Source: an uncultured bacterium
GTDB lineage: Bacteria; Krumholzibacteriota; Krumholzibacteriia; JACNKJ01
Direction: 5' to 3'
NCBI GenBank assembly: GCA_963695095.1
Contig: CAVOFT010000001.1
Location: 725,981-789,980, forward strand
DNA length: 64,000 bases
Shown here: positions 31,422 to 40,375 of the stretch, piece after piece
How positions within the stretch are numbered: the first letter of the stretch is position 1
Layout of the letters: every line of letters starts with the position of its first letter
The notes under the pieces: generated by a model
Database searches by the model: none
What the model was told of the DNA's origin: nothing
What the model saw: the letters and a program-made list of their open reading frames with translations, nothing else
Translations under genes and position numbers: made by a program

Positions 31422-32045
31422 CTAGTAGAGCGACTTGATGCGACTCAGCGTCGCGGGCTCCGTGGCGGTCGCCGGCGAGAGCACGATGCCGTCGATGCCC
31501 AGGAAGGCATTCAGGCCGTTCACGCTGTGCGGCCCGAAGCCCAGCGCATGCTCGCTGGCCACCACGGTGAAGGTGATGCTGCCGGCCGACCACAGGTTGT
31601 TCGGCAGGGCGCCCGTCGTCGGCGCCATCTCGGCGGAGTAGAGCCCGCTGCCCTCGCCGTCGATGTAGAGCTGCCAGTTCGCGATGGCGCTCCAGCTGCC
31701 GCCGACGTTGCTGACGCCGAAGCCCAGGTTGGACTGGTAGAAGGTGACGGTGTACTCGGCGAAGGGGATCAGCCCGCTCACGGTCTGCTGAAAGGCCTCG
31801 GTGCCGACGGGGTTCACGGTCACGGTCTGGGTGCCGGCGACGAAGCTGCCGCCGTCCGGCGACAGATTGTAGGCCTCGTGCGGACCGGCGGCATCCTCGG
31901 TGTCGCAGTCGGGAAACAGCTGCGCCCAGCCGATGGGCAGGACCGAATAGCCGGCGGGGCCGGTCAGGCTGCCATTCACGAAGGACTGGCCGAGCGCGGG
32001 CGCCGCGCCGAGCAAGATGATCACTACGAAGACCGCGCGGTGCAT
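31422..32045 (-). CDS. Hypothetical secreted protein
   Basis: The 207-aa ORF has the signal peptide MHRAVFVVIILLGAAPALGQ and beta-rich composition. No family was recognised. Confidence 0.55.
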   Translation of the reverse strand: MHRAVFVVIILLGAAPALGQSFVNGSLTGPAGYSVLPIGWAQLFPDCDTEDAAGPHEAYNLSPDGGSFVAGTQTVTVNPVGTEAFQQTVSGLIPFAEYTVTFYQSNLGFGVSNVGGSWSAIANWQLYIDGEGSGLYSAEMAPTTGALPNNLWSAGSITFTVVASEHALGFGPHSVNGLNAFLGIDGIVLSPATATEPATLSRIKSLY

Positions 32046-32181
32046 GGCACAGCTCGCTTGGCGATGGGTGGGAGCGAATGGCCGCAGGATTGCCAGCGGA
32101 GCATGATTCTGGCACTCCAGGGGGCTCAGATCAACCCGATTGCACGGGGTATTCGGAGTCGAGAGGCGGATAATCGCCGGA

Positions 32182-32217
32182 CGGCGCGGGTGCGCCGACC
32201 GGCGCGGGTGCGCCGGC
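32182..32217. repeat. Tandem 18-nt direct repeat (x2) in a divergent intergenic spacer
   Basis: The two units are CGGCGCGGGTGCGCCGAC and CGGCGCGGGTGCGCCGGC (17/18 identical). Each unit contains the inverted repeat GGCGC-N4-GCGCC. Confidence 0.6.
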
Positions 32218-32326
32218 CGGCGTCATCGCTGATTCTGCTGGCACCGGCAGCCGCCGGGCCTCTACCTTTGCGGCTGCGTCCGCCTGCGGGGGACTTGATC
32301 ACGAACTCTGAGCGGGAGCAATCGCC

Positions 32327-32764
32327 ATGGCTGAATTGAAGACGCGCCCCCAGGGGGGCGCCGCCGAAGTGAAGGCCTTCCTGGCCGCCATCCCCGACGC
32401 GGCGCGGCGGGCCGATGCGCAGGCCATCTTCAAGCTGATGCGCGAGGCGACGGGCAAGCCGGCCCAGCTCTGGGGCGACAGCATCGTCGGCTTCGGCCGC
32501 TACCACTACAAGTACGCGAGCGGCCGCGAGGGCGACTGGTTTCTCACCGGCTTCTCGCCGCGCAAGCAGGCGCTGACGCTCTACATCATGACCGGCTTCA
32601 CGCGCTACGCGGCTCTGCTGGCCAAGCTCGGCAAGTTCAAGACCGGCAAGTCCTGCCTCTATCTGAATCGCCTGGCAGACGTCGATCTCGCGGTCCTGCG
32701 GGAGTTGATCGAGGCGTCCGTGGCGCATGCGGCTCAGCTGCCGGCCTGCGGACACGACGGCTGA
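32327..32764 (+). CDS. DUF1801 (YdhG-like) domain protein
   Basis: The ORF contains VKAFLAAIPDAARRADAQAIFKLMREATGKPAQLWGDSIVGFGRYHYKYASGREGDWFLTGFSPRKQALTLYI. Confidence 0.65.
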   Translation: MAELKTRPQGGAAEVKAFLAAIPDAARRADAQAIFKLMREATGKPAQLWGDSIVGFGRYHYKYASGREGDWFLTGFSPRKQALTLYIMTGFTRYAALLAKLGKFKTGKSCLYLNRLADVDLAVLRELIEASVAHAAQLPACGHDG

Positions 32765-32797
32765 GTCGGCCTTCCCTCGTCACACACGGAGGTTGTC

Positions 32798-33355
32798 ATG
32801 GTTTCCCTGCTGTCGCTCTGGCTGCCGATCCTGCTGTCGCCGGTCTTCGTCTTCGCGGTCAGCTCTTTCATCCACATGGTCCTGCAGTACCACAGCAAGG
32901 ACTTCCGCAAGCTGCCCGACGAGGACGGCGTGATGAAGGCCCTGCGCCCCTTCGCGCTCCCGCCCGGGGAGTACGTGCTCCCGCACGCCGGCAGCATGAA
33001 GGGGCTGAGCGCGCCCGACTACCTCGCCAAGCGCGACGCGGGCCCGGTGGCCATGATGATGGTGGCGCCCAGCGGCCCGACCGGGATGGCCCGGGGCCTG
33101 CTGCTGTGGTTCGTCTACAGCTTGGTGGTCAGCGGCTTTGCGGCCTACATCGCCGGGCGCGCGCTCGAGCCCGGTGCGCACTACCTGGCCGTCTTCCGCT
33201 TCGTGGGCACCACGGCCTTCATCGGCTATGCCCTCGCGCTCTGCCAGAACTCGATCTGGTACCGGCGGGCCTGGAGCACGACGATCAAGACCGCCTTCGA
33301 CGGCCTCATCTACGGCCTGGTGACGGCCGGCGTCTTCGGCTGGCTCTGGCCCTAG
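32798..33355 (+). CDS. Hypothetical integral membrane protein (four predicted TM segments)
   Basis: The 185-aa ORF has hydrophobic segments at the N-terminus, at LLLWFVYSLVVSGFAAYIAG, at FVGTTAFIGYALALC and at GLIYGLVTAGVFGWLW. Confidence 0.6.
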   Translation: MVSLLSLWLPILLSPVFVFAVSSFIHMVLQYHSKDFRKLPDEDGVMKALRPFALPPGEYVLPHAGSMKGLSAPDYLAKRDAGPVAMMMVAPSGPTGMARGLLLWFVYSLVVSGFAAYIAGRALEPGAHYLAVFRFVGTTAFIGYALALCQNSIWYRRAWSTTIKTAFDGLIYGLVTAGVFGWLWP

Positions 33356-33396
33356 CGGCGCGAGCGCTGGCTGGGGCAGGGCGCCCCCGGGGGCCG

Positions 33397-33777
33397 CTAG
33401 GCGGGCTCGCCCCCGTTGAGCAGGCGGCGCAGGGCGGCGATGAAGGCCGGCCAGTCGAGCGGCTTGGCGAAGATGGCATCGGCGCCGAGCAAGTGGGCCG
33501 AGCGCAGATAGGTGTCCGGATCGCCCATGCCGCCGCCGGAGATGGCGACCACCCTCACCGCCGCATTGATGCGGCGCAGCTCGCGCAGGGTCTCCAGGCC
33601 CTCCATGTCGGGCAGGATGATGTCCAGGATCACGAGCCGGTAGTCGCCGCGGCGGAACTCGGCCAGTCCGGGCTTGCCGTCCGCGGCGGTGACCACCGCG
33701 TAGCCCTCCTTGTGCAGGCGCTCGGTCAGCATCCGGCAGAACTGGGCGTCGTCGTCGATGAGCAGCAGCTTAGTCAT
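33397..33777 (-). CDS. Single-domain response regulator (receiver only)
   Basis: MTKLLLIDDDAQFCRMLTERL...YRLVILDIILPDMEGLETLRELR...AKPLDW is a receiver domain. The ATG overlaps the upstream kinase stop by 8 nt (ATGACTAA). Confidence 0.85.
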   Translation of the reverse strand: MTKLLLIDDDAQFCRMLTERLHKEGYAVVTAADGKPGLAEFRRGDYRLVILDIILPDMEGLETLRELRRINAAVRVVAISGGGMGDPDTYLRSAHLLGADAIFAKPLDWPAFIAALRRLLNGGEPA

Positions 33778-36649
33778 GGCCGAATCGAGCTCCTTCGCGG
33801 TTGGCCGCCAGCATCCTTCCGGCGATCTGACACAGGGTTGGCAGGCTGAGCGGCTTGAGCAGGATCTCGACCCCACCCATGAGCTTCAACTCCGTCTCGG
33901 CAGCTCTCTCAGTATAGCCTGTAATAACCAGAATGGGGAGGTGGGGGCGTAGTTTCCTCACCGCTGTAACAAGTTTGTCGCCGCGGAGCCCCGGCATGTT
34001 CAAGTCGCTGATCAAGAGATCGTAAGCCGCCGGGTTCTCCTTGAAGCGCGCGAGCGCCTCGTCGCCCCGCGGGCAGGCGGTCACGCGGTGGCCTGCCCCG
34101 GTCAGGGCCTGCTCGCAGAGGGCGAGCAGCTGCGGATCGTCCTCTGCAATAAGGATGCGCCCGAGGGCGGCGGCCGGCGACGCCAGGGGCTCGTCCGCAG
34201 GAGGCGGGGCGGCGGCCAATCTGGGCAGTAGGATCTCGACGCGGAACCCCTGTCCCGGGGCGCTGTCCACCTCGATGCTGCCGCCCAGTCCGCTGACGAT
34301 GCCGTGCACCACGGCAAGGCCCATCCCGATGCCCTGCCCCGGGGCCTTCGTCGTGAAGAAGGGCTCGAACACTCGCGCCAGCAAGGCGGCATCGAGGCCC
34401 TGCCCCGTGTCGGTGACGCGCAGGCGCAGGTAATCCCCGGGCGGCAACTCCGGGCCGGCCCAGCGCCGCGGCGCATCCAGGTGCCGGCAATCCAGCTCGA
34501 TGGCGAGAGTGCCCTCCCCGTTCCGCATCGCCTGCGCCGAATTCCCGCAAAGATTGAGGAGCAGCTGGTGCAGCTGGGAGGGCGCTGCGAGGATCTGGGC
34601 GTTCCCGCAGCGGTCGTCGAAGGCGATACGAATACCGCTAGGCATCGAGGCGCGCAGGAACCCGAGGGCCTCCTCGATGAAGGCGCCCAGGATGACGGGC
34701 TCCGTGCTGAGCGGCTCACGCCGGCTGAAGGAGAGGAGCTGCCGCACCAGAGCCTGGGCGCGACTGGCAGCCGTGAGCACTTCGCCGAGATGGCGGCGGG
34801 TGGTCGCGCCCGCCGGTTCGGCGCCCGCGGCCATTTCGGTGAAGCCGATGATGCTGCCCAGGACATTGTTGAAATCGTGGGCGATGCCGCCGGCCAGGGT
34901 GCCGATGGCCTCCATCTTCTGCGCCTGCAAGAGCCGCTCCTCCATGGCGCGCAGCTCGCTCTGATCGAAATGCACGGCGACGAAGCTGCCGACCACCCCC
35001 TGCGCATCCGGGATCGGGGTGATCGAGGCCACCGTGTGCAGGGGGCTACCGTCCCGGCGGCGCAGGATGTGGGGCCCCCGCCAGACCTGTCCCGCCCCCA
35101 GCGCCGCGCGCACCTCGGCAATCAGCTCCGGGGGCGTTGCGCGCTCCCAGAGGAAGTCCGCCACCCGCCCCAGCGCCTCGTCCTGCGCATAGCCGGTCAT
35201 GCGCACGAAAGCAGGGTTCGCGTAGAGAATGACGCTGTCGCGATCCATGACCAGCACGGACTCGGCGGCCTGCTCGATCGCCGCGGTCAGGCGCCGCTGC
35301 TCGACGTCGGCCCGCCGGCGCAGCGTGACGTCGCGGCCGATGCCCACCGTGCCCATGATGGAGCCCGCGGCATCGAAGAATGGCGTCTTGATGGTTTCGA
35401 ACCAGCGCGTCTCCCCCGAGGGCAGGGTCAGCGGTTCCTCGATGGCGAGCGGCCGGCCGCTGACCAGCACGCGCGCATCATCGGCCGCGAAACGCTCGGC
35501 CTGAGCAAGGTCGGCCCAAAGTTCGGCGTCCCTCTTGCCTACTATTTCCTCCGGCCGCCGGCCGCAGGAGGCCGCGAAGGGCGCGTTCGCGCTGAGGTAG
35601 ACCCCGTGCCGGTCCTTCATCCAGGCGCTGTCGGGTATGGTGTCCAGGATGCTGCGCTGGATGTTCAGGGTCTCGGCGAGTTTCTCCTCCACGGCGCGCC
35701 GGTCGCTGATGTCGCGCGAGACGAGGATCAGGCGACCCGCCTCCGGCGCGTCCGGGTCGCGCAGGAGGCGCAGGCGGCTCTCCATCCAGAGGTAGCCTCC
35801 ATCCCGATGCCGGGCGCGGAAGGTGGCCGTCCAGGTCTCCGGCAGCTCCGCGTGCGCGGTCAATGCCGCCGCCAGCCCGGGGCCGTCCGCGGGGTGGACG
35901 AAATCCAGCAGATCGCGGCCCATCATCGCTTCCGGTGCGTGGCCGAGGATGCCGCGACAGGCCGGGGACATGTAGACCGTCTCGCGTCTGTCTCCCAGCA
36001 CGGAGAGGATGTCCGTGGCGTTGTCGGTCAGGAGCCGCATCTGATGCTCGCTGGCCTCCAGCTCCCGCCGGCTGCGCACCAGCTCCTCCTGGCCGATCAG
36101 CAGCTTGCCGAGCAGGTAGCTGCCCAGGGGGTAGAGCGTGAGCACGGGCAGGGCGATGCGGCGGATGGTGAACTGGGCCAGTTCCCAGGGCAGCGAGAGC
36201 ATACACAGGACCATCGCGATGTGCACTGCGAGGCCGAGCCCGAGCAGGCCGGCATCGCCGCGCAGGGCCGGCCGGCGCCGGCTGGCGGCGCGGAAGAGCA
36301 GGCCCAGGGCCGTGCTGCTCAAAATCGTGAGCACGCCGGGCGGCAGCCCGACGCCACCCATGCCGATGCGCACGCCGAGGCTGAGTCCGGCGGCGATGAG
36401 GCCCGCGAGGGGGCCCGCCACGAAGGCGCCTACGCCGAGCACGATCGTGCGGCCGTCGAAGAAGAGACCGGGGGTCACCACCACCGGCTTCAGCATGCCC
36501 GCAATGGCCACGGCGCCGAAGACGAGTCCGGCCACGGCCTGCCCAAGGCGCGACTCGCCCCGCCAGCGCCGCAGGACGAAGGCATAGAGGCTGATCAGCG
36601 CCAGCAAGAAGGCGATGTTCTGGGTGAGCGAGAAGAAGAGCTCGGCCAT
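33770..36649 (-). CDS. Hybrid sensor histidine kinase: 5TMR-LYT-type membrane domain, three PAS domains, HisKA/HATPase, C-terminal receiver
   Basis: This is an intact 959-aa ORF. The N-terminus has GLFFDGRTIVLGVGAFVAGPLAG. PAS-like blocks follow. The H-box is AGGIAHDFNNVL. The ATPase has DTGQGLD and FFTTKAPGQGIGMGLAVVHGIV. The receiver is ILIAEDDPQLL...DLLISDLNMPGLRG. Confidence 0.85.
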   Translation of the reverse strand: MAELFFSLTQNIAFLLALISLYAFVLRRWRGESRLGQAVAGLVFGAVAIAGMLKPVVVTPGLFFDGRTIVLGVGAFVAGPLAGLIAAGLSLGVRIGMGGVGLPPGVLTILSSTALGLLFRAASRRRPALRGDAGLLGLGLAVHIAMVLCMLSLPWELAQFTIRRIALPVLTLYPLGSYLLGKLLIGQEELVRSRRELEASEHQMRLLTDNATDILSVLGDRRETVYMSPACRGILGHAPEAMMGRDLLDFVHPADGPGLAAALTAHAELPETWTATFRARHRDGGYLWMESRLRLLRDPDAPEAGRLILVSRDISDRRAVEEKLAETLNIQRSILDTIPDSAWMKDRHGVYLSANAPFAASCGRRPEEIVGKRDAELWADLAQAERFAADDARVLVSGRPLAIEEPLTLPSGETRWFETIKTPFFDAAGSIMGTVGIGRDVTLRRRADVEQRRLTAAIEQAAESVLVMDRDSVILYANPAFVRMTGYAQDEALGRVADFLWERATPPELIAEVRAALGAGQVWRGPHILRRRDGSPLHTVASITPIPDAQGVVGSFVAVHFDQSELRAMEERLLQAQKMEAIGTLAGGIAHDFNNVLGSIIGFTEMAAGAEPAGATTRRHLGEVLTAASRAQALVRQLLSFSRREPLSTEPVILGAFIEEALGFLRASMPSGIRIAFDDRCGNAQILAAPSQLHQLLLNLCGNSAQAMRNGEGTLAIELDCRHLDAPRRWAGPELPPGDYLRLRVTDTGQGLDAALLARVFEPFFTTKAPGQGIGMGLAVVHGIVSGLGGSIEVDSAPGQGFRVEILLPRLAAAPPPADEPLASPAAALGRILIAEDDPQLLALCEQALTGAGHRVTACPRGDEALARFKENPAAYDLLISDLNMPGLRGDKLVTAVRKLRPHLPILVITGYTERAAETELKLMGGVEILLKPLSLPTLCQIAGRMLAANREGARFGHD

Positions 36650-36734
36650 GTCGCCTCTTCTGCAGGAGTTGCCGGCACGAGCGATCTAATTTTTAGCATA
36701 TGCAACTCGGAAGTCCAGAGATATCGAGCCCGAC

Positions 36735-36763
36735 TTGGCAGGGAGCCGGCGGGCCGCTATACT
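36735..36763 (+). promoter_or_regulatory. Sigma70-like promoter TTGGCA-17-TATACT upstream of the UDG-dnaB-fpr genes
   Basis: TTGGCA (36735-36740), an exact 17-nt spacer and TATACT (36758-36763) lie about 60 nt upstream of the proposed GTG start at 36823. Confidence 0.5.
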
Positions 36764-36822
36764 CGCCGGCCGGGCGCCCCTGGCTGCCCTCTCGCCCCCG
36801 AGCCGCTCAGGAAGGACCCGCC

Positions 36823-37569
36823 GTGGAGGAACAGGTGCTGAAGGAGGTCGCGGCCGACCTGCGCCGCTGGATCCAGCAGCAGCGCGCCGAGGGCGTCGAG
36901 GAGTTGCTGCTGCCTGCGATGCCGGCGGCACCGGCTGAGCCGTTGCCGCCAGAGGCCGCGTCCGTGGACCCGGTCTTGCGCGGCGTTCTGCTCGAGCGCC
37001 ATCCGGCCTGGCGGGACACGCCGCTGCTGCCGCTGGCGGAGGAGATCGATGCCTGCCGTCGCTGCAACCTCGGCGCTCAGCGCCAGTGCTCGGTGCCGGG
37101 CACGGGGCATCCGCAGGCCAAGCTCGTCTTCGTCGGCGAGGCGCCCGGGGCGGACGAGGACCGCCAGGGCATCCCCTTCGTCGGTCGCGCGGGGCAGCTC
37201 CTGGACAAGATCCTCGCCGCCATCGAGCTGCGCCGCGAGGACGTGCACATCCTCAATATCCTGAAATGCCGGCCGCCGGAGAATCGCAACCCGGCGCCTC
37301 AGGAGATCGAGGCCTGCCGGCCCTTCCTCGAGCGGCAGATCGATCTCCTCGAGCCGCGCCTGCTGATGGCGCTGGGCCTCTTCGCCGGGCAGTGGCTGAC
37401 CGGCAAGAAGCTCAGCCTCACCAAGCTGCGCGAGACCGGGCCCTACGCGTACCGGGGCATTCCCGTCTACGCCACTTTCCACCCGGCGGCGCTCCTGCGC
37501 AATCCGAACTGGAAGCGCCCGGCCTGGGACGATTTCAAGCGCATCCGCGAGGAGTACAACAAGCTGTGA
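36823..37569 (+). CDS. Uracil-DNA glycosylase, family 4
   Basis: Motifs present are CRRCNLGAQRQCSVPGTGHPQAKLVFVGEAPGADEDRQGIPFVGRAGQLLDKIL, ILKCRPPENRNP and ATFHPAALLRNP. The GTG at 36823 was chosen because the ATG at 36700 lies upstream of the predicted promoter. The start is uncertain. Confidence 0.8.
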   Translation: MEEQVLKEVAADLRRWIQQQRAEGVEELLLPAMPAAPAEPLPPEAASVDPVLRGVLLERHPAWRDTPLLPLAEEIDACRRCNLGAQRQCSVPGTGHPQAKLVFVGEAPGADEDRQGIPFVGRAGQLLDKILAAIELRREDVHILNILKCRPPENRNPAPQEIEACRPFLERQIDLLEPRLLMALGLFAGQWLTGKKLSLTKLRETGPYAYRGIPVYATFHPAALLRNPNWKRPAWDDFKRIREEYNKL

Positions 37570-38936
37570 GCGCCTACCAGGAACCCACCCGCACCGGTCG
37601 CGATCCGCGCGTGCCGCCGCACAGCCGCGAGGCCGAGGAAGCCATCCTCGGGGCGCTGCTCCTGGATCGCAACGCCATCTTCAAGGCCATCGAGCTCCTG
37701 CAGCCCGAGTTCTTCTACGCCGAGAAGAACGCGGCCATCTTCCGGGCGATGGTCAGCCTCTTCCAGCGCGGCGAGGCGGTGGACATCATCACGCTCACCG
37801 AGGAGCTGCGCCGAGCGGGCAGCCTCGACCGCGCGGGCGGCGCCAGCTACCTGGGCGGCCTGCAGGAGAGCGTGGCCACGGGCGCGCACATCGAGCACTA
37901 TGCGCGCATCGTCTCGGAGAAGGCCACGCTGCGCCGCATGATCGAGATCAGCGGCGAGATCGTGGAGAGCTGCTTCGAGGCGCGCGACGAGGCCATGGAC
38001 ATCCTCGACCGCGCCGAGTCGTCGATTCTCGCCGTCAGCCAGGGGCGCCTGCGCCAGGGCTTCGAGCCCATCAACGAGATCCTCAAGGCCACCTTCCAGA
38101 ACATCCAGCGCGTCTACGACAGCAAGACGCACATCACCGGCGTGGCCACGGGCTACGAGCGGCTGGATCTGCTCACGGGCGGCCTGCAGCCTTCGGATCT
38201 GCTCATCGTGGCCGGCCGACCGAGCATGGGCAAGACCAGCTTCGTGCTCAACGTCGCCCAGCACGCGGCGATCGAGGAGAAGAAGAGCGTCGCCATCTTC
38301 TCGCTCGAGATGAGCAAGGAGCAGCTCGTGCAGCGCCTGCTCACGGCCGAGGCGCGGCTCGATGCGCACAAGCTGCGCACGGGCAACCTCAAGGACGGCG
38401 ACTGGCCCCTGCTCACGCAGGCGGCAGGTCAGCTGGCCGAGGCGCCCATCTACATCGACGACACGCCGGCGATCAGCGTGCTCGAGATGCGCGCCAAGAG
38501 CCGGCGCCTGCAGGCGCAGAAGGGCCTGGACCTGATCGTCATCGACTATCTCCAGCTCGCCCGCGCAGTCAGCCGCGCCGACAATCGCCAGCAGGAGATC
38601 AGCGAGATCAGCCGCGGCATGAAGGCCCTGGCCAAGGAGCTGCAGGTGCCGGTGGTGGCCCTCAGCCAGCTCAGCCGCGCCCTCGAGAGCCGCACCGACA
38701 AGCGGCCGATGCTCTCGGACCTTCGCGAATCGGGGGCCCTCGAGCAGGACGCGGACGTGGTGATGTTCATCTACCGACCCGAGGTCTACGACAAGGACGA
38801 CGAGGAGCTGGAGGGCCGGGCCGAGCTGATCATCGGCAAGCAGCGCAACGGCCCCATCGGCACGGTGCCGCTCTACTTCGTCAAGGAGTACACGCGCTTC
38901 GAGAATCCGGCGCGCGGGGACGACTACTATGCCTGA
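37566..38936 (+). CDS. dnaB: Replicative DNA helicase DnaB
   Basis: Motifs present are PPHSREAEEAILGALLLD, LLIVAGRPSMGKTSFVLNVA, IFSLEMSKEQLVQRLL, IVIDYLQL, VVALSQLSRALESR and LRESGALEQDADVVMFIYR. The GTG overlaps the upstream stop. Confidence 0.92.
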   Translation: MSAYQEPTRTGRDPRVPPHSREAEEAILGALLLDRNAIFKAIELLQPEFFYAEKNAAIFRAMVSLFQRGEAVDIITLTEELRRAGSLDRAGGASYLGGLQESVATGAHIEHYARIVSEKATLRRMIEISGEIVESCFEARDEAMDILDRAESSILAVSQGRLRQGFEPINEILKATFQNIQRVYDSKTHITGVATGYERLDLLTGGLQPSDLLIVAGRPSMGKTSFVLNVAQHAAIEEKKSVAIFSLEMSKEQLVQRLLTAEARLDAHKLRTGNLKDGDWPLLTQAAGQLAEAPIYIDDTPAISVLEMRAKSRRLQAQKGLDLIVIDYLQLARAVSRADNRQQEISEISRGMKALAKELQVPVVALSQLSRALESRTDKRPMLSDLRESGALEQDADVVMFIYRPEVYDKDDEELEGRAELIIGKQRNGPIGTVPLYFVKEYTRFENPARGDDYYA

Positions 38937-39771
38937 GCCCGCCTCGCCCGCCTCGGCAGCGGTGGATGCGCTCAACGCCGTCCTGCTGCAGCGCATCGAG
39001 GTGGCGCCCGGCCTGCTCATCCTGCGCGTGGCTCCCGACGGCTGGGAGCTCTCCGCCTTCAGCGCCGGCCAGTTCGCCGTGCTCGGCCTGCCGGGCAGCG
39101 CTCGGCGCTATCGCCTGGCCGATGCCGAGGACGAGCCGGCGCCGCCGGACAAGCTCATCCGCCGCGCCTATTCGGTGGCCTCCTCGTCGCTGGATCGGCA
39201 ATACCTGGAGATCTACGTCACCCTGGTGAGCTCGGGCGCGCTCACGCCGCGGCTCTTCGCCCTGCAGCCGGGCGACCGCCTCTTCCTCGGCAAGAAGATC
39301 ACGGGCATGTTCACGCTGGACAGCGTGCCGAAGTCGGCGCACCTGGCGCTCGTCGCCACGGGCACGGGGCTGGCGCCCTACATGAGCATGCTGCGCAGCG
39401 AGCTGCTCTGCGACCCGGCCCGCCGCGTGGCGGTGCTGCTCGGGGCGAGGCACTCCTGGGACCTCGGCTACCGCGGCGAGCTGATCACGATGATGCGCCT
39501 GTGCCCGAGCTTCAGCTACCTGCCCATCATCAGCCGCCCCGACGACGAGCCGCAGGCCTGGCCGGGCGCCGTCGGCCACGTGCAGGACCTCTGGCGCGGC
39601 GGGGCGCTCGCCGCGGCCTGGGGCGAGGCGCCGAGCGCTCGGACCACGCACGTGCTGCTCTGCGGCAGCCCGGGCATGATCGACGGCATGGTGGCCCTGC
39701 TCGAGGCCGAGGGCTTCCGCGAGCACAGCAAGAGAGAACCCGGTCAGATTCACGTGGAGCGTTACTGGTAA
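38929..39771 (+). CDS. fpr: Ferredoxin--NADP(+) reductase (Fpr-type flavodoxin/ferredoxin reductase)
   Basis: RRAYSVASS is the RxYS FAD motif. LALVATGTGLAPYMSMLR, LLCGSPGMIDG and the C-terminus HVERYW are also present. Confidence 0.8.
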   Translation: MPEPASPASAAVDALNAVLLQRIEVAPGLLILRVAPDGWELSAFSAGQFAVLGLPGSARRYRLADAEDEPAPPDKLIRRAYSVASSSLDRQYLEIYVTLVSSGALTPRLFALQPGDRLFLGKKITGMFTLDSVPKSAHLALVATGTGLAPYMSMLRSELLCDPARRVAVLLGARHSWDLGYRGELITMMRLCPSFSYLPIISRPDDEPQAWPGAVGHVQDLWRGGALAAAWGEAPSARTTHVLLCGSPGMIDGMVALLEAEGFREHSKREPGQIHVERYW

Positions 39772-39773
39772 GC

Positions 39774-40325
39774 ATGCAGTACACCGTCCGCCGTCTCGAT
39801 GCCGCCGCCCGCGAGGACTTCTTCCGCCTGCACTCTGCCGCCAACGGCCACGACTGGTGCTTCTGCGTGGCCTGGTGGGTGGAGAGCTTTGCCGGCTGGA
39901 ACGAGCGCCGCGCCGACCAGAACCGCGCCCTGCGCGAATCGCTCTTCGCGCGCGGCGAGCAGGACGGCTACCTGCTCTATGCGGGCAAGGAGCCCGTCGC
40001 CTGGTGCCAGTGCGCGCCGCGCGATCGGCTCCGGCATCTGGCCGGCCGCTACACCGAGGGCCCCGATCCCTCGGCCTGGGCGCTCGGCTGCTTCTTCACG
40101 GCGCCGGCCTGGCGCGGCAAGGGCTGCACGCGAGCGCTACTCACGGGCATCCTCGCCGACCTGCGCGGGCGCGGGGTCAAGCGCCTGGAGGCCTTCCCGC
40201 GCGGCGAGGGCCGTCTGCCCGACGAGGAGGTCTGGACCGGTCCCGCCGGTCTCTTCGCCGAGTTCGGCTTCGCGGCCGAGGCCGAATACGGCAGCGTCAT
40301 CCGCTATGCCCTGGCGCTGAGCTGA
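39774..40325 (+). CDS. GNAT-family N-acetyltransferase
   Basis: The 183-aa ORF contains FFTAPAWRGKGCTRALLTGILADLRGRGVKRLEAFP, an acetyl-CoA-binding Q/RxxGxG/A-type motif. Confidence 0.65.
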   Translation: MQYTVRRLDAAAREDFFRLHSAANGHDWCFCVAWWVESFAGWNERRADQNRALRESLFARGEQDGYLLYAGKEPVAWCQCAPRDRLRHLAGRYTEGPDPSAWALGCFFTAPAWRGKGCTRALLTGILADLRGRGVKRLEAFPRGEGRLPDEEVWTGPAGLFAEFGFAAEAEYGSVIRYALALS

Positions 40326-40375
40326 GGGACCCGGATTGCTGCTATACTCAGGGCGGCAATCGCTGGAGGTTCGCC

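Noticed and set aside
34304-36841. An 845-aa plus-strand ORF opposite the histidine kinase gene.
   Set aside because: The minus strand carries complete PAS/HisKA/HATPase/REC motifs. This is a high-GC antisense artefact.
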